Below are positions 16,951 through 25,035 of a stretch of 26,000 nucleotides of DNA, piece after piece (the stretch's first letter is position 1; each line of letters begins with the position of its first letter). The DNA comes from Myxococcota bacterium. Its GTDB lineage: Bacteria > Myxococcota_A > UBA796 > GCA-2862545. The DNA is taken from NCBI GenBank assembly GCA_039208735.1, contig JBCCQY010000130.1, forward strand, positions 1 through 26,000. The letters run 5' to 3'. Both the position numbers and the translations under genes were made by a program. Under the pieces are notes generated by a model. That model saw only the letters and a program-made list of their open reading frames with translations, did no database searches and was not told the origin of the DNA.

Positions 16951-18207
16951 ATGCGCCGACGTCTCCCCTTCATGTCGCGCCGCGCCAACTACACCATGCT
17001 GATGGGTGTGGTGATCCTTGTGGTGCTCGGCTTTGCAGCACTCGCGGTCGACATCTCCCTCATCGCCATGGCTGAGATGCAGGTCCAGGCTACGGCCGAC
17101 TCCGCCTCGCACGCCGCCCTGGTGGCACACCGAAACTCCGTTGGCAATCGCGTAGGCGCCGCCAACGACGCCGCCGAGTTCATGCTCGCGCGCAACGGCG
17201 TGGCCCTTGGTACGGCCGACCTCGACGACATCCGCTTCGGTACCTACAACATTGAGACCCAGAAATTCTGCAACGGCTGCGGGCTCAACGGTACGGTGAA
17301 CGCGGTCGAAGTCGACATCTCTCGGAACGGGAACAACTCGATGGGCCTGTTCCTCGCGCCGCTCTTCGGGGTCAACAACCACGACGTGGCGGCCTCATCC
17401 ACCACGGCCCAGCAACAGCGCGCCATCATGCTGGTGCAGGACTTCTCCTGCTCAATGAATCGGGGCGACTATCCCCGTCCCATCGATGTTTCGCGTCGCG
17501 CGAGCTTGTTGTTCCTCGACTACATGTCGAACTACAACCAGTCGGGCGACATGTTGGGGCTTGCCGGGTACGCCGAATGGGGTGTGCTTGGGCCTTCGCG
17601 GAACGATCCCTTGGTCACGGGCGGGGGCGGTGCCTCCATCGGCGGTTTGGGCGGGTTCTTCCAGAACTTGGTCAATCTCATCAATCAACTGTTGGGTCGG
17701 GCCACCTCCTACGCTGACCGTCCCTTCGCCGAATTGTCCTCGGTCGCCCATGACCAGCAGTACCTGCGCAACATGTTCGCGGGCATCTGCAGTACGGACC
17801 ATGGCTGCCCTGATGACCCGATCACGGGCAGCACCAAGGATACGCTCTACCCGTCGAAGGAACAGATTGGGGTCTGCACGAACCCATCGATCGCCATGGA
17901 TCAGGCGGTTGAACAGCTCACGACGAAGACCGACCCGTCCTACTTCCGCGGCATTGTCGTGATGTCGGACGGCGCGTTCAACTGCAGCGGGGGCGTCAAC
18001 GCGGCGACGGCAGTGGCCAACCGAGCCTTCGACCAGCACGGCATTCACGTGTGGACGGTCCTCTTCCACGATGGGAACAACTCGGCCGCCCAAATGAAGC
18101 AGATCACGCGCGGCTACGGCACGTTCTCACAAAGCCCGAACGTCGACGATCTCCCTGACATCTACGCTGCGATTGCGGCAAGTCTGCCCACCGCTATCGT
18201 GGAGTGA
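16951..18207 (+). CDS. tadG: TadG-like pseudopilin with C-terminal vWA domain
   Basis: ATG at 16951 after AGGAGG. Pilin-like N-terminus ...LAVDISL...VQATADSASHAA. Tad_C-like NAVEV...LFLAPLFG. vWA MIDAS motif DFSCSM and VVMSDG. Confidence 0.85.
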   Translation: MRRRLPFMSRRANYTMLMGVVILVVLGFAALAVDISLIAMAEMQVQATADSASHAALVAHRNSVGNRVGAANDAAEFMLARNGVALGTADLDDIRFGTYNIETQKFCNGCGLNGTVNAVEVDISRNGNNSMGLFLAPLFGVNNHDVAASSTTAQQQRAIMLVQDFSCSMNRGDYPRPIDVSRRASLLFLDYMSNYNQSGDMLGLAGYAEWGVLGPSRNDPLVTGGGGASIGGLGGFFQNLVNLINQLLGRATSYADRPFAELSSVAHDQQYLRNMFAGICSTDHGCPDDPITGSTKDTLYPSKEQIGVCTNPSIAMDQAVEQLTTKTDPSYFRGIVVMSDGAFNCSGGVNAATAVANRAFDQHGIHVWTVLFHDGNNSAAQMKQITRGYGTFSQSPNVDDLPDIYAAIAASLPTAIVE

Positions 18208-18614
18208 GCATGCCCCAACGTCGTCGCGGAGCGAACATCGTCGAGTTCGCTCTTACCCTGCCAATCTTTATGGCCATCCTCCTCGGTCTCATCGACTACG
18301 GTTGGGTCTTCGCCAGCCAGTCGGGCATCGATGCCGCAACCATGTTGGCCTGTCGCGAAGGGTCCATGGTCGACGCCATCTTCAAAAGCCCGATTACCGA
18401 GGCAGAGGAAGAGCTGAACGAGCGCGCAGCTCCGTGGTGCACAGGAGGCAACTGCACCCTCTCGGTCGCACCGCGGTACACCGTGCCAGACCGCGCTATC
18501 GAGTGCAGCGTCCAGATGCCCTTTCGCCCACTGATCGGGTTCGTACCTCTCCCCGCCACGCTTGAAGCGCGCTCCATCTACCGCCTTGAGTGGCAACGCC
18601 AGGGGAACCTGTGA
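18204..18614 (+). CDS. tadE: TadE-family pseudopilin
   Basis: Prepilin motif RRRG|ANIVEFALTLP...GLIDYG...ACREG. GTGA overlap with tadG (alternative ATG at 18210). Confidence 0.88.
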   Translation: MSMPQRRRGANIVEFALTLPIFMAILLGLIDYGWVFASQSGIDAATMLACREGSMVDAIFKSPITEAEEELNERAAPWCTGGNCTLSVAPRYTVPDRAIECSVQMPFRPLIGFVPLPATLEARSIYRLEWQRQGNL

Positions 18615-19096
18615 TGGCACGGGCGACCAGTCAGCGTGGCATCGCGGCCACTGAATTCGCATTATGGCTGCCCATCATCGTGGTGTTGATTGCAGGAGTC
18701 TTGGACTGGGGCACCTACATGAGCACCCGGGCCTCCCTGCAGCGCGCAGTGACGGACGGGGCTCGCGTTGGAGCCTCGAAGTTCGAGCCCGCCACGGAAG
18801 CCGCCGGTTCCGTTGCACGTCCGGCCGCCCTGGCGCGGGCTCGTCAGGTGATCGTGGACCAAGGCCTCGAATGTGGGAACGGTTGCACGCTGACGACTTC
18901 GTTCTGCTTTGCGAACCTAGTGGGTCCCTGCGACGTCTCGTCCCAAGGTGGCGGCAGGTTGCCCCCGCCGGTCGATTCGCTCCTCGTCGAAGTCAGCTAC
19001 ACCTTCGTGCCCTGGTTCGGTTTCGCGTTTACGCCGGACCGCATTCGCACCGACTTCGTGATGGCCATGGAGAATCAGCGCCCCGGCGGCCCGTAA
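18614..19096 (+). CDS. tadE: TadE-family pseudopilin (second copy)
   Basis: QRG|IAATEFALWLP...GVLDWG...AVTDGAR. TGATG overlap with the previous gene. Confidence 0.88.
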   Translation: MARATSQRGIAATEFALWLPIIVVLIAGVLDWGTYMSTRASLQRAVTDGARVGASKFEPATEAAGSVARPAALARARQVIVDQGLECGNGCTLTTSFCFANLVGPCDVSSQGGGRLPPPVDSLLVEVSYTFVPWFGFAFTPDRIRTDFVMAMENQRPGGP

Positions 19097-19137
19097 CGAA
19101 AAACTGCCAACCTGGGGCGCTCGCCCGACGCTACCCG

Positions 19138-20400
19138 TTAGTCTCGCAGCGCGTCGCGGTCGACGACCATATCCAACCCACGATGCGATGTGGACGCCCG
19201 CAATGCGAGCGGACGGAACACCCGACCACCGGTCACCACGCCCGACAGGTCGACCCCAGGGTCTTCCGCCGCCGTGGTGAACTGGAAACGAAGGTCGTAC
19301 TCGGCCTCGTTGGTCACGACATCGGCCGTCACCGTGTACTCGGTAAGAGGAAGGAACGGCTGGTTGATGTAGACCGCCGCGCTGCGACGAAGGTTGTAGC
19401 CCTCGGGGAAGACCCCCGTGGGATCGGCACCCGGCAACACCACCTGGGCAACAAAATTCGACCCGCGGTTGTCACTAATCGCCGCCCGAACTTCTAGTCC
19501 GTACACATTCTGGTCTGCGAGCAGGGCGGTCGTGGGGTCTGCCGCGTTCCCAAAAATTGAAATCGGGTAGCTGATTTGGACCTGTGCCGGCACGCCATTG
19601 GCATCCAGATTGTTCTGGTCATTCGACATGCTGAATAGTGGCACGCCGGTCTGCTCGACCTTCGGAAAGGTGAACGGCGAGAAGGAGCGCTGCAACGGCG
19701 GGTCGGTGTGAATCACGGCGATGTAGTACATCCGGCCCGTAAAGCCGACAGGTACGCTCGTGCCGTTGTTGCAGAAATCGGGCGCAAGTTTGCAGATCCC
19801 CGACGTGTTCCACCAGGTCTCATCGAGCGGAATTTCGACGTAACCGCCATCGAGCCACGAACGCTGGAGCGCAAGTTCACGCCATTCGTGTTCCCGCATG
19901 AGGCCGTCCATCGCGGGCCCCCCCATGAGCGTTTGCCCGTTGGCATCGGTCATCGTGGGGTAGCCGGCCTGCACGACGAAAAGATACTCGCGAGTCGACA
20001 CCGCACTGGGGTCGGTAAACGTGTACCCTGCCTCGGTCAGGCGATCGAAAATCGTCACCCCGGTAAACCCGATGTCGCCCTGGCGCTGCGAAAGGTACTG
20101 CACCGGGCCGGTCGGCCCGATAAGGCGTGTTGCATCAGGATTCTGAAGAATGTAGTCCTTATGGCCTTCGAGGGCCTCCTGCACGGTCCGGGTGGCCGAA
20201 GCGCGCGAAAGTCCCGACAATCGACGGTAGCAATTCATCGTGTCGAGAGCATCTTCTTCGGTGTTGTCGAGGACATTGGCCCCCGGAACACGCCCATTGG
20301 GGTGGCACGCCTCTTCAACCGAGAAGTACTCCGTGCAACCCGCCGACATAGAGATGCCCGCCATGGCGAGCATCCAGACTGTTCCCTGCGTTCTCATCAT
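19138..20400 (-). CDS. Lipoprotein with a degenerate CAP/SCP-like domain and beta-rich C-terminal domain
   Basis: Lipobox SMSAG-C. CAP-like pattern MNCYRRLSGL...ALEGHKDYI...GFTG...DRLTEAGY. The C-terminus PFLPLTEYTV...FQFTT resembles bacterial Ig-like domains. Confidence 0.68.
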   Translation of the reverse strand: MMRTQGTVWMLAMAGISMSAGCTEYFSVEEACHPNGRVPGANVLDNTEEDALDTMNCYRRLSGLSRASATRTVQEALEGHKDYILQNPDATRLIGPTGPVQYLSQRQGDIGFTGVTIFDRLTEAGYTFTDPSAVSTREYLFVVQAGYPTMTDANGQTLMGGPAMDGLMREHEWRELALQRSWLDGGYVEIPLDETWWNTSGICKLAPDFCNNGTSVPVGFTGRMYYIAVIHTDPPLQRSFSPFTFPKVEQTGVPLFSMSNDQNNLDANGVPAQVQISYPISIFGNAADPTTALLADQNVYGLEVRAAISDNRGSNFVAQVVLPGADPTGVFPEGYNLRRSAAVYINQPFLPLTEYTVTADVVTNEAEYDLRFQFTTAAEDPGVDLSGVVTGGRVFRPLALRASTSHRGLDMVVDRDALRD

Positions 20401-20478
20401 GACGTCACCTATCCCCCAGCGCCGCGCTCATAACCTACGCGAGCACTCGCTGATCGTCTCGGGATGGCGCAGTCGCTG

Positions 20479-23400
20479 TCAGAGCGTGCCTGTGCGAACG
20501 AGCAAATCGATCGCCGCCAGATCCCTCGCAGTACGCTCCTGAAGCAGGGAAAAGGCGGTTGCTTCGACTTGCAGACGCGCCTGTTCCAGTTCGAGCCACG
20601 TCGCACTTCCCGCTTCGTAGCTGCGCTCGGTCAGCTGAAGGTTTTCGTCGGCGAGGGTCTGCTCATCTTCCACTGCGGCCAACGCCTTCTGGGACCGTCG
20701 ATGGGCCTCGAAGGCAAGGCGAATCTCGCGCTCCGCCTGACGCTCCTGCAATCGCTCGGCGTACTGGGCTGAACGCATCCGGCTCGCCGCATTCCGTCGG
20801 TCTGCGACACGGAAGCCACCGTCCCAAATCGACCACGAGGCGGTCAAGGCGATTCGCCAGGTGAAATTCTGGTTGTTGAACCCCACATTCTCGGTGAAGT
20901 TGACCGAGCCGACGCCGTCGATCCGGGGCATCCACCGTAGGTCCTGGGCAGCGCGCTCTGCCTTGAGCGCCGACACCCGCAGTTTTGCAGCCTGGAGGTC
21001 CGGACGCTGCGCTTGGGCCGTCGTTAACGCTGAGTCGACCTCAGCCGGCACCACGAACGGGGGCGGAATCTCGAGCGCTTCACCGGTCAGGCCGGTGAGC
21101 AACGAAAATGAGGTTTCCGCATCGACGAGCGCCTCCTGAGACGATTCAAGGTCGCGTTCGGCCTGACTCACCCCCAGCTCGGCCGACACCAAAGCCCTGC
21201 GGTCGGTGAGTCCCGCGTCGCGACGGCGCTGCGCCAACTGGAGCTGCCCTTGAGCGAGTTCCAGCGCTTTGGTCGAAACCGAGACGCCCTGCTGAGCGGC
21301 CAAGAGCCCATAGAACGCCCGGGCCACGTTCGCTTTCGAACGAAGCACCGCTCCGCGAACATCGGCTTGGGCAGCGGCGGTCAGCCGATTCGCCGACAGC
21401 AGCGCGGGCAACGCGGCACCGCTGAAAATCGTCTGCCGAACGGTGAGATCACCCTGCCAAAAGGTCCGTTCCTGGACGATAATGGGATCGACAGGCTCGA
21501 TGCAGAAGTCACCCGCCGTTTCGCCCGGCCCACAGTCTTCGGTCGGGAAAACGGGCTTTTCGCCAATCCCCTCGAGAATGGGATTCAGGGCCTCCCCGAG
21601 CTGACGCGTCTGCTCGCTCCCGTCGAAGTCCAGCGCGATTTCCTGGTTGTTGATCACGTAGGTCGCGTTGACGTCGATCGTCGGCGAGAGGGTAGCCCAA
21701 GCCTGTCCACGCAGGGTCCCCGTCTGAATCGCATCTTCACGGGCGATGGCCAACGAGAGATCCTCACGCTCCGCGGCGCGCCAGGCTTCGTCGAGGGTCA
21801 ATGCTTGGGCATCGACCGGCGCGAGGAGTGCGATCGGCAACAGCCCCAAGGGAATCAGGGCCGCCGCCGCCTTCGCGGCCTGCTTGGGAAAGAGCCGGTC
21901 CCGAAGGTCCTCATTGATGCTGTAGAGCACGGGCACCATCAGCAGCGTCAACACGGTGGCAAACAGCAGGCCGAAGATGACGGCGATGGCCATGGGGCCC
22001 CAAAATGCGGCCGAGTTGCTGCCGATGATGAACTTCAACTCGAAGAAGTCGAACGACGCTCCTAGAGCCATGGGGAACAGACCCAGCGCCGTAGTGATCG
22101 CGGTGAGCATGACAGGGCGGAATCGGGTGAGGCCGGCTTCGACCAAGGCATCCTCGGTGTCAAGGCCTCTCGCCTGAAGCTGTTGGACGTAGTCGAGCAA
22201 CACGATCGCGTTGTTCACGACAACCCCCGCGAGGCTGATGACCCCAATGCCCGTCATGATGATGCTGAACGGCGAGCCTGTGAGGAGCAAACCCCACAAC
22301 ACGCCAATCAACGAGAGGATGACCGTGGCCAGAATGATCGCGGGCATGGTGATGCTGTCGAACTGGGTCACCAGCACGAGCAAAATCAACGCCACCGCAA
22401 TGAGAAACGCTCGCGACAGGAACACCATCGACTGTTCCTGCTCTTCGTTAGCCCCCGTCAGGTCGGTGGCCATGCCGGTGGGAAGTTCGTAGTTATCGAG
22501 GAACGTCTGGACGTTGGCGCGAACTTCGTTTTCGTTGAAGCCCTCGGCCACATCACCGCTGATCGTGATGACCATGTCTTGGTCGATGTGGGCGATTCCG
22601 GCAGACCCCCCGACCAGTTCGTAGGAGGCGACGGCCGACAACGGCACCGGGAAGGTGTCAGGACTCTGATCTTCACGGCCCGGCAGGCGTAGATCGAGCA
22701 CTCGCTGCAGGTTTTCCCGATACTCTGGTCCCAGTTGGACCACGACGTCGATCTCGTCTTCCCCCTCGCGAAGGGTCGTCGCGACACCACCGGCAATCGC
22801 GGTCCGCACTGCGTTTCCGACGGCAGCGGTGCTGACGCCGACGCGCTTGGCCGCCCCACGGTCAATCCTGAGCCGGAGTTCCGGGCGTCCAACGCCGTAG
22901 TTGTCGTCGAGATCGGCCAGGCCCTCGACGGTGTTCTCGAGTTCGCGGCGCAGCTTGAGGACGAGTTCACCGACCTCATCGAAGTCTTCACCCGAAATCT
23001 CGATGTTGATGGGCTTGCCCACGGGTGGGCCCATCTCTTGAGGTTCGACCGTAATCTTCGCGCCAGGGATGTCCTGAACGAGCGCGCGGAGCTTGTCGAC
23101 GGTTTCCGAGGTGGGTTCCACCCGCTGGGCTTCGCCGGCCTTCGCCGTGTTGCGGTCGGGCAGGAAGTCGAGCGTAATGCGAGCTTCGTTCGGGCGAGCC
23201 GACGCTCCCTGAAGCTGGTCGCCGCCCGCCGAGACCCCCACGTCGGCGGCCCACGTGTCGACATTTGGACTCTGCGCGAGCATCAGCTCGACTGCACGCA
23301 CCACCTGATCGGTGGTTTCGACGTCGGACCCCTGTGGGAGGGTGACGCCCACGATGGCTCGCTCAGGCTCCGTTTCAGGGAAGAACTCACTGCCCGCGTT

Positions 23401-25035
23401 GAACACGGTGTAGATGCCAACGGTGGCCACGAAAATGGCCGCACCAAGACCAAACGTCGAGTAGCGTGAGTGAATCGAAGTGCGCAGCAGCGAGCGGTAT
23501 TGGTCCATGACGGGATTGAGTTCCGCATTGCGCAGCTCCCCATCTTGGGCGGTGCTCGCCTCGACCCGCTCCGGAAGCAGTCGGCCCATCATCACGGGCA
23601 GGATGCCCACGGCCACGAGCAGCGACATAAGCAGCACGATGATCACGGTCTTCGGTAAGAAGCCCATGAACTCGCCCATGATGCCCGTCCAGAACACCAG
23701 CGGAAGGAAGGCCGCCACAGTGGTCGCGGTACTGGCCGCTACGGCCACCGCGACTTCCTCGGTGCCATCCACCGCAGCCTCTACGTTGCCTTTGCCCATC
23801 TCCTTGTGGCGATACACGTTCTCGACCACGACGATGGCGTTGTCGACGAGCATCCCCAGGGCCAAGATCAAGCTGAACAACACGATCATGTTCAAGGTGA
23901 AGCCGAGCACCTCGAGCACCAACATGCTCGCCAGCATGGACAGCGGAATCGACAAGGCCACGAACACGCTGGGCCGCCAGCCCATGAACACGACGATGAC
24001 GCCCACGACCAACAACAATGCCGTGATGATGTTGTTCTGCAGGTCGCTGACCATGTTGCGAATTTGCTTGGATTGGTCGCCCAGCGCCCGCCACGTGACG
24101 GTGTCGGGCCAGGTTTGGGCATGCTCTGAGGCCAGCGCTTTGGCCTGTTCGGTCACATCGAGGATGTTGGCGCCGGCCCGCTTCTTGATGGCCAATGTCA
24201 CCGAGGCCTCGCCCCGCAGGCGGCTGTAGGTCTCGCGGGGCTCGTAGCCGTCGACGACTCGCGCCAAGTCCCGCACGAACACCGGACGGTCCCCGACCCG
24301 CTTCACCGCAACCTGCTCAATCTCTTGCGGTACATCGAACTCGCCAGGCACGCGGAGCAAGAAGTTGCCTCGCCCAACCTCGACGTTGCCACCGGGAATG
24401 TTCACGTTTTCGTTGTTGATCGCTCCCGTGACATCGTCGAGCGAAAACCCGTAGTACGAGAGCCGTTCAGGGACGACTTCCACCGTGATCTGGCGTTCGG
24501 TACCGCCGGTAAGGTCGACCTCCAACACACCCGAAATTCGGGTGAGGTCGTCCTGGAGTTTCTCGGCGTACTCCTTGAGGGCATCTTCCCCCACGGAACC
24601 GGCCATCGTAATGAGGACGACCGGCACATCCGAAAACGAAATCTCCCGTATTGCAGGGTCTTCTGCATCTGCAGGCAAATCCGGACGCACGCGACCCACG
24701 CGGTCCCGTACGCGTTGCAACGCATCTTCAATGACGGTGTCCGGTTCGAACTCGATCACGACGATCGAGATGCCTTCCGCCGATGTCGAACGCATTTCTT
24801 TCACGTTTTTCAACGACGAAAGCTCGTTCTCCATCGGAATCGAGATCAAAGACTCTACGTCTTCGGGCGACACTCCGACGTATGGCGTCGTGATGATCAC
24901 CACGGGAATCGTGATGTCCGGCGACGACTCGCGGGGCAGGCTGACGTAGGAATTCAATCCGAAAATGAAGATGCAGAAGGCCGCGATTGCGATGGTGGTC
25001 GGATGGGTGACCAGCCAGTGGATGGCGGAACGCAT
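20479..25035 (-). CDS. RND efflux permease (AcrB/AcrD/AcrF family) fused to a C-terminal TolC-like outer-membrane factor, 1518 aa
   Basis: ATG at 25035 (TGATG overlap with the adaptor gene). RND motifs LPRESSPDI, GMLVDNAIVVVEN, GVVVNNAI, RFRPVMLT and WGPMAIAVIFGL. After the last TM come ~440 aa of OEP-type sequence (LTLDEA, VARAFYGLL, QRPDL, SWSIWDGG, YEAGSATWLEL). Confidence 0.93.
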   Translation of the reverse strand: MRSAIHWLVTHPTTIAIAAFCIFIFGLNSYVSLPRESSPDITIPVVIITTPYVGVSPEDVESLISIPMENELSSLKNVKEMRSTSAEGISIVVIEFEPDTVIEDALQRVRDRVGRVRPDLPADAEDPAIREISFSDVPVVLITMAGSVGEDALKEYAEKLQDDLTRISGVLEVDLTGGTERQITVEVVPERLSYYGFSLDDVTGAINNENVNIPGGNVEVGRGNFLLRVPGEFDVPQEIEQVAVKRVGDRPVFVRDLARVVDGYEPRETYSRLRGEASVTLAIKKRAGANILDVTEQAKALASEHAQTWPDTVTWRALGDQSKQIRNMVSDLQNNIITALLLVVGVIVVFMGWRPSVFVALSIPLSMLASMLVLEVLGFTLNMIVLFSLILALGMLVDNAIVVVENVYRHKEMGKGNVEAAVDGTEEVAVAVAASTATTVAAFLPLVFWTGIMGEFMGFLPKTVIIVLLMSLLVAVGILPVMMGRLLPERVEASTAQDGELRNAELNPVMDQYRSLLRTSIHSRYSTFGLGAAIFVATVGIYTVFNAGSEFFPETEPERAIVGVTLPQGSDVETTDQVVRAVELMLAQSPNVDTWAADVGVSAGGDQLQGASARPNEARITLDFLPDRNTAKAGEAQRVEPTSETVDKLRALVQDIPGAKITVEPQEMGPPVGKPINIEISGEDFDEVGELVLKLRRELENTVEGLADLDDNYGVGRPELRLRIDRGAAKRVGVSTAAVGNAVRTAIAGGVATTLREGEDEIDVVVQLGPEYRENLQRVLDLRLPGREDQSPDTFPVPLSAVASYELVGGSAGIAHIDQDMVITISGDVAEGFNENEVRANVQTFLDNYELPTGMATDLTGANEEQEQSMVFLSRAFLIAVALILLVLVTQFDSITMPAIILATVILSLIGVLWGLLLTGSPFSIIMTGIGVISLAGVVVNNAIVLLDYVQQLQARGLDTEDALVEAGLTRFRPVMLTAITTALGLFPMALGASFDFFELKFIIGSNSAAFWGPMAIAVIFGLLFATVLTLLMVPVLYSINEDLRDRLFPKQAAKAAAALIPLGLLPIALLAPVDAQALTLDEAWRAAEREDLSLAIAREDAIQTGTLRGQAWATLSPTIDVNATYVINNQEIALDFDGSEQTRQLGEALNPILEGIGEKPVFPTEDCGPGETAGDFCIEPVDPIIVQERTFWQGDLTVRQTIFSGAALPALLSANRLTAAAQADVRGAVLRSKANVARAFYGLLAAQQGVSVSTKALELAQGQLQLAQRRRDAGLTDRRALVSAELGVSQAERDLESSQEALVDAETSFSLLTGLTGEALEIPPPFVVPAEVDSALTTAQAQRPDLQAAKLRVSALKAERAAQDLRWMPRIDGVGSVNFTENVGFNNQNFTWRIALTASWSIWDGGFRVADRRNAASRMRSAQYAERLQERQAEREIRLAFEAHRRSQKALAAVEDEQTLADENLQLTERSYEAGSATWLELEQARLQVEATAFSLLQERTARDLAAIDLLVRTGTL

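Noticed and set aside
16639..16988. Apparent head-to-head overlap of extended gloB and tadG ORFs
   Set aside because: Both have strong RBS-linked downstream starts (16796 and 16951), leaving a 154-nt intergenic gap.
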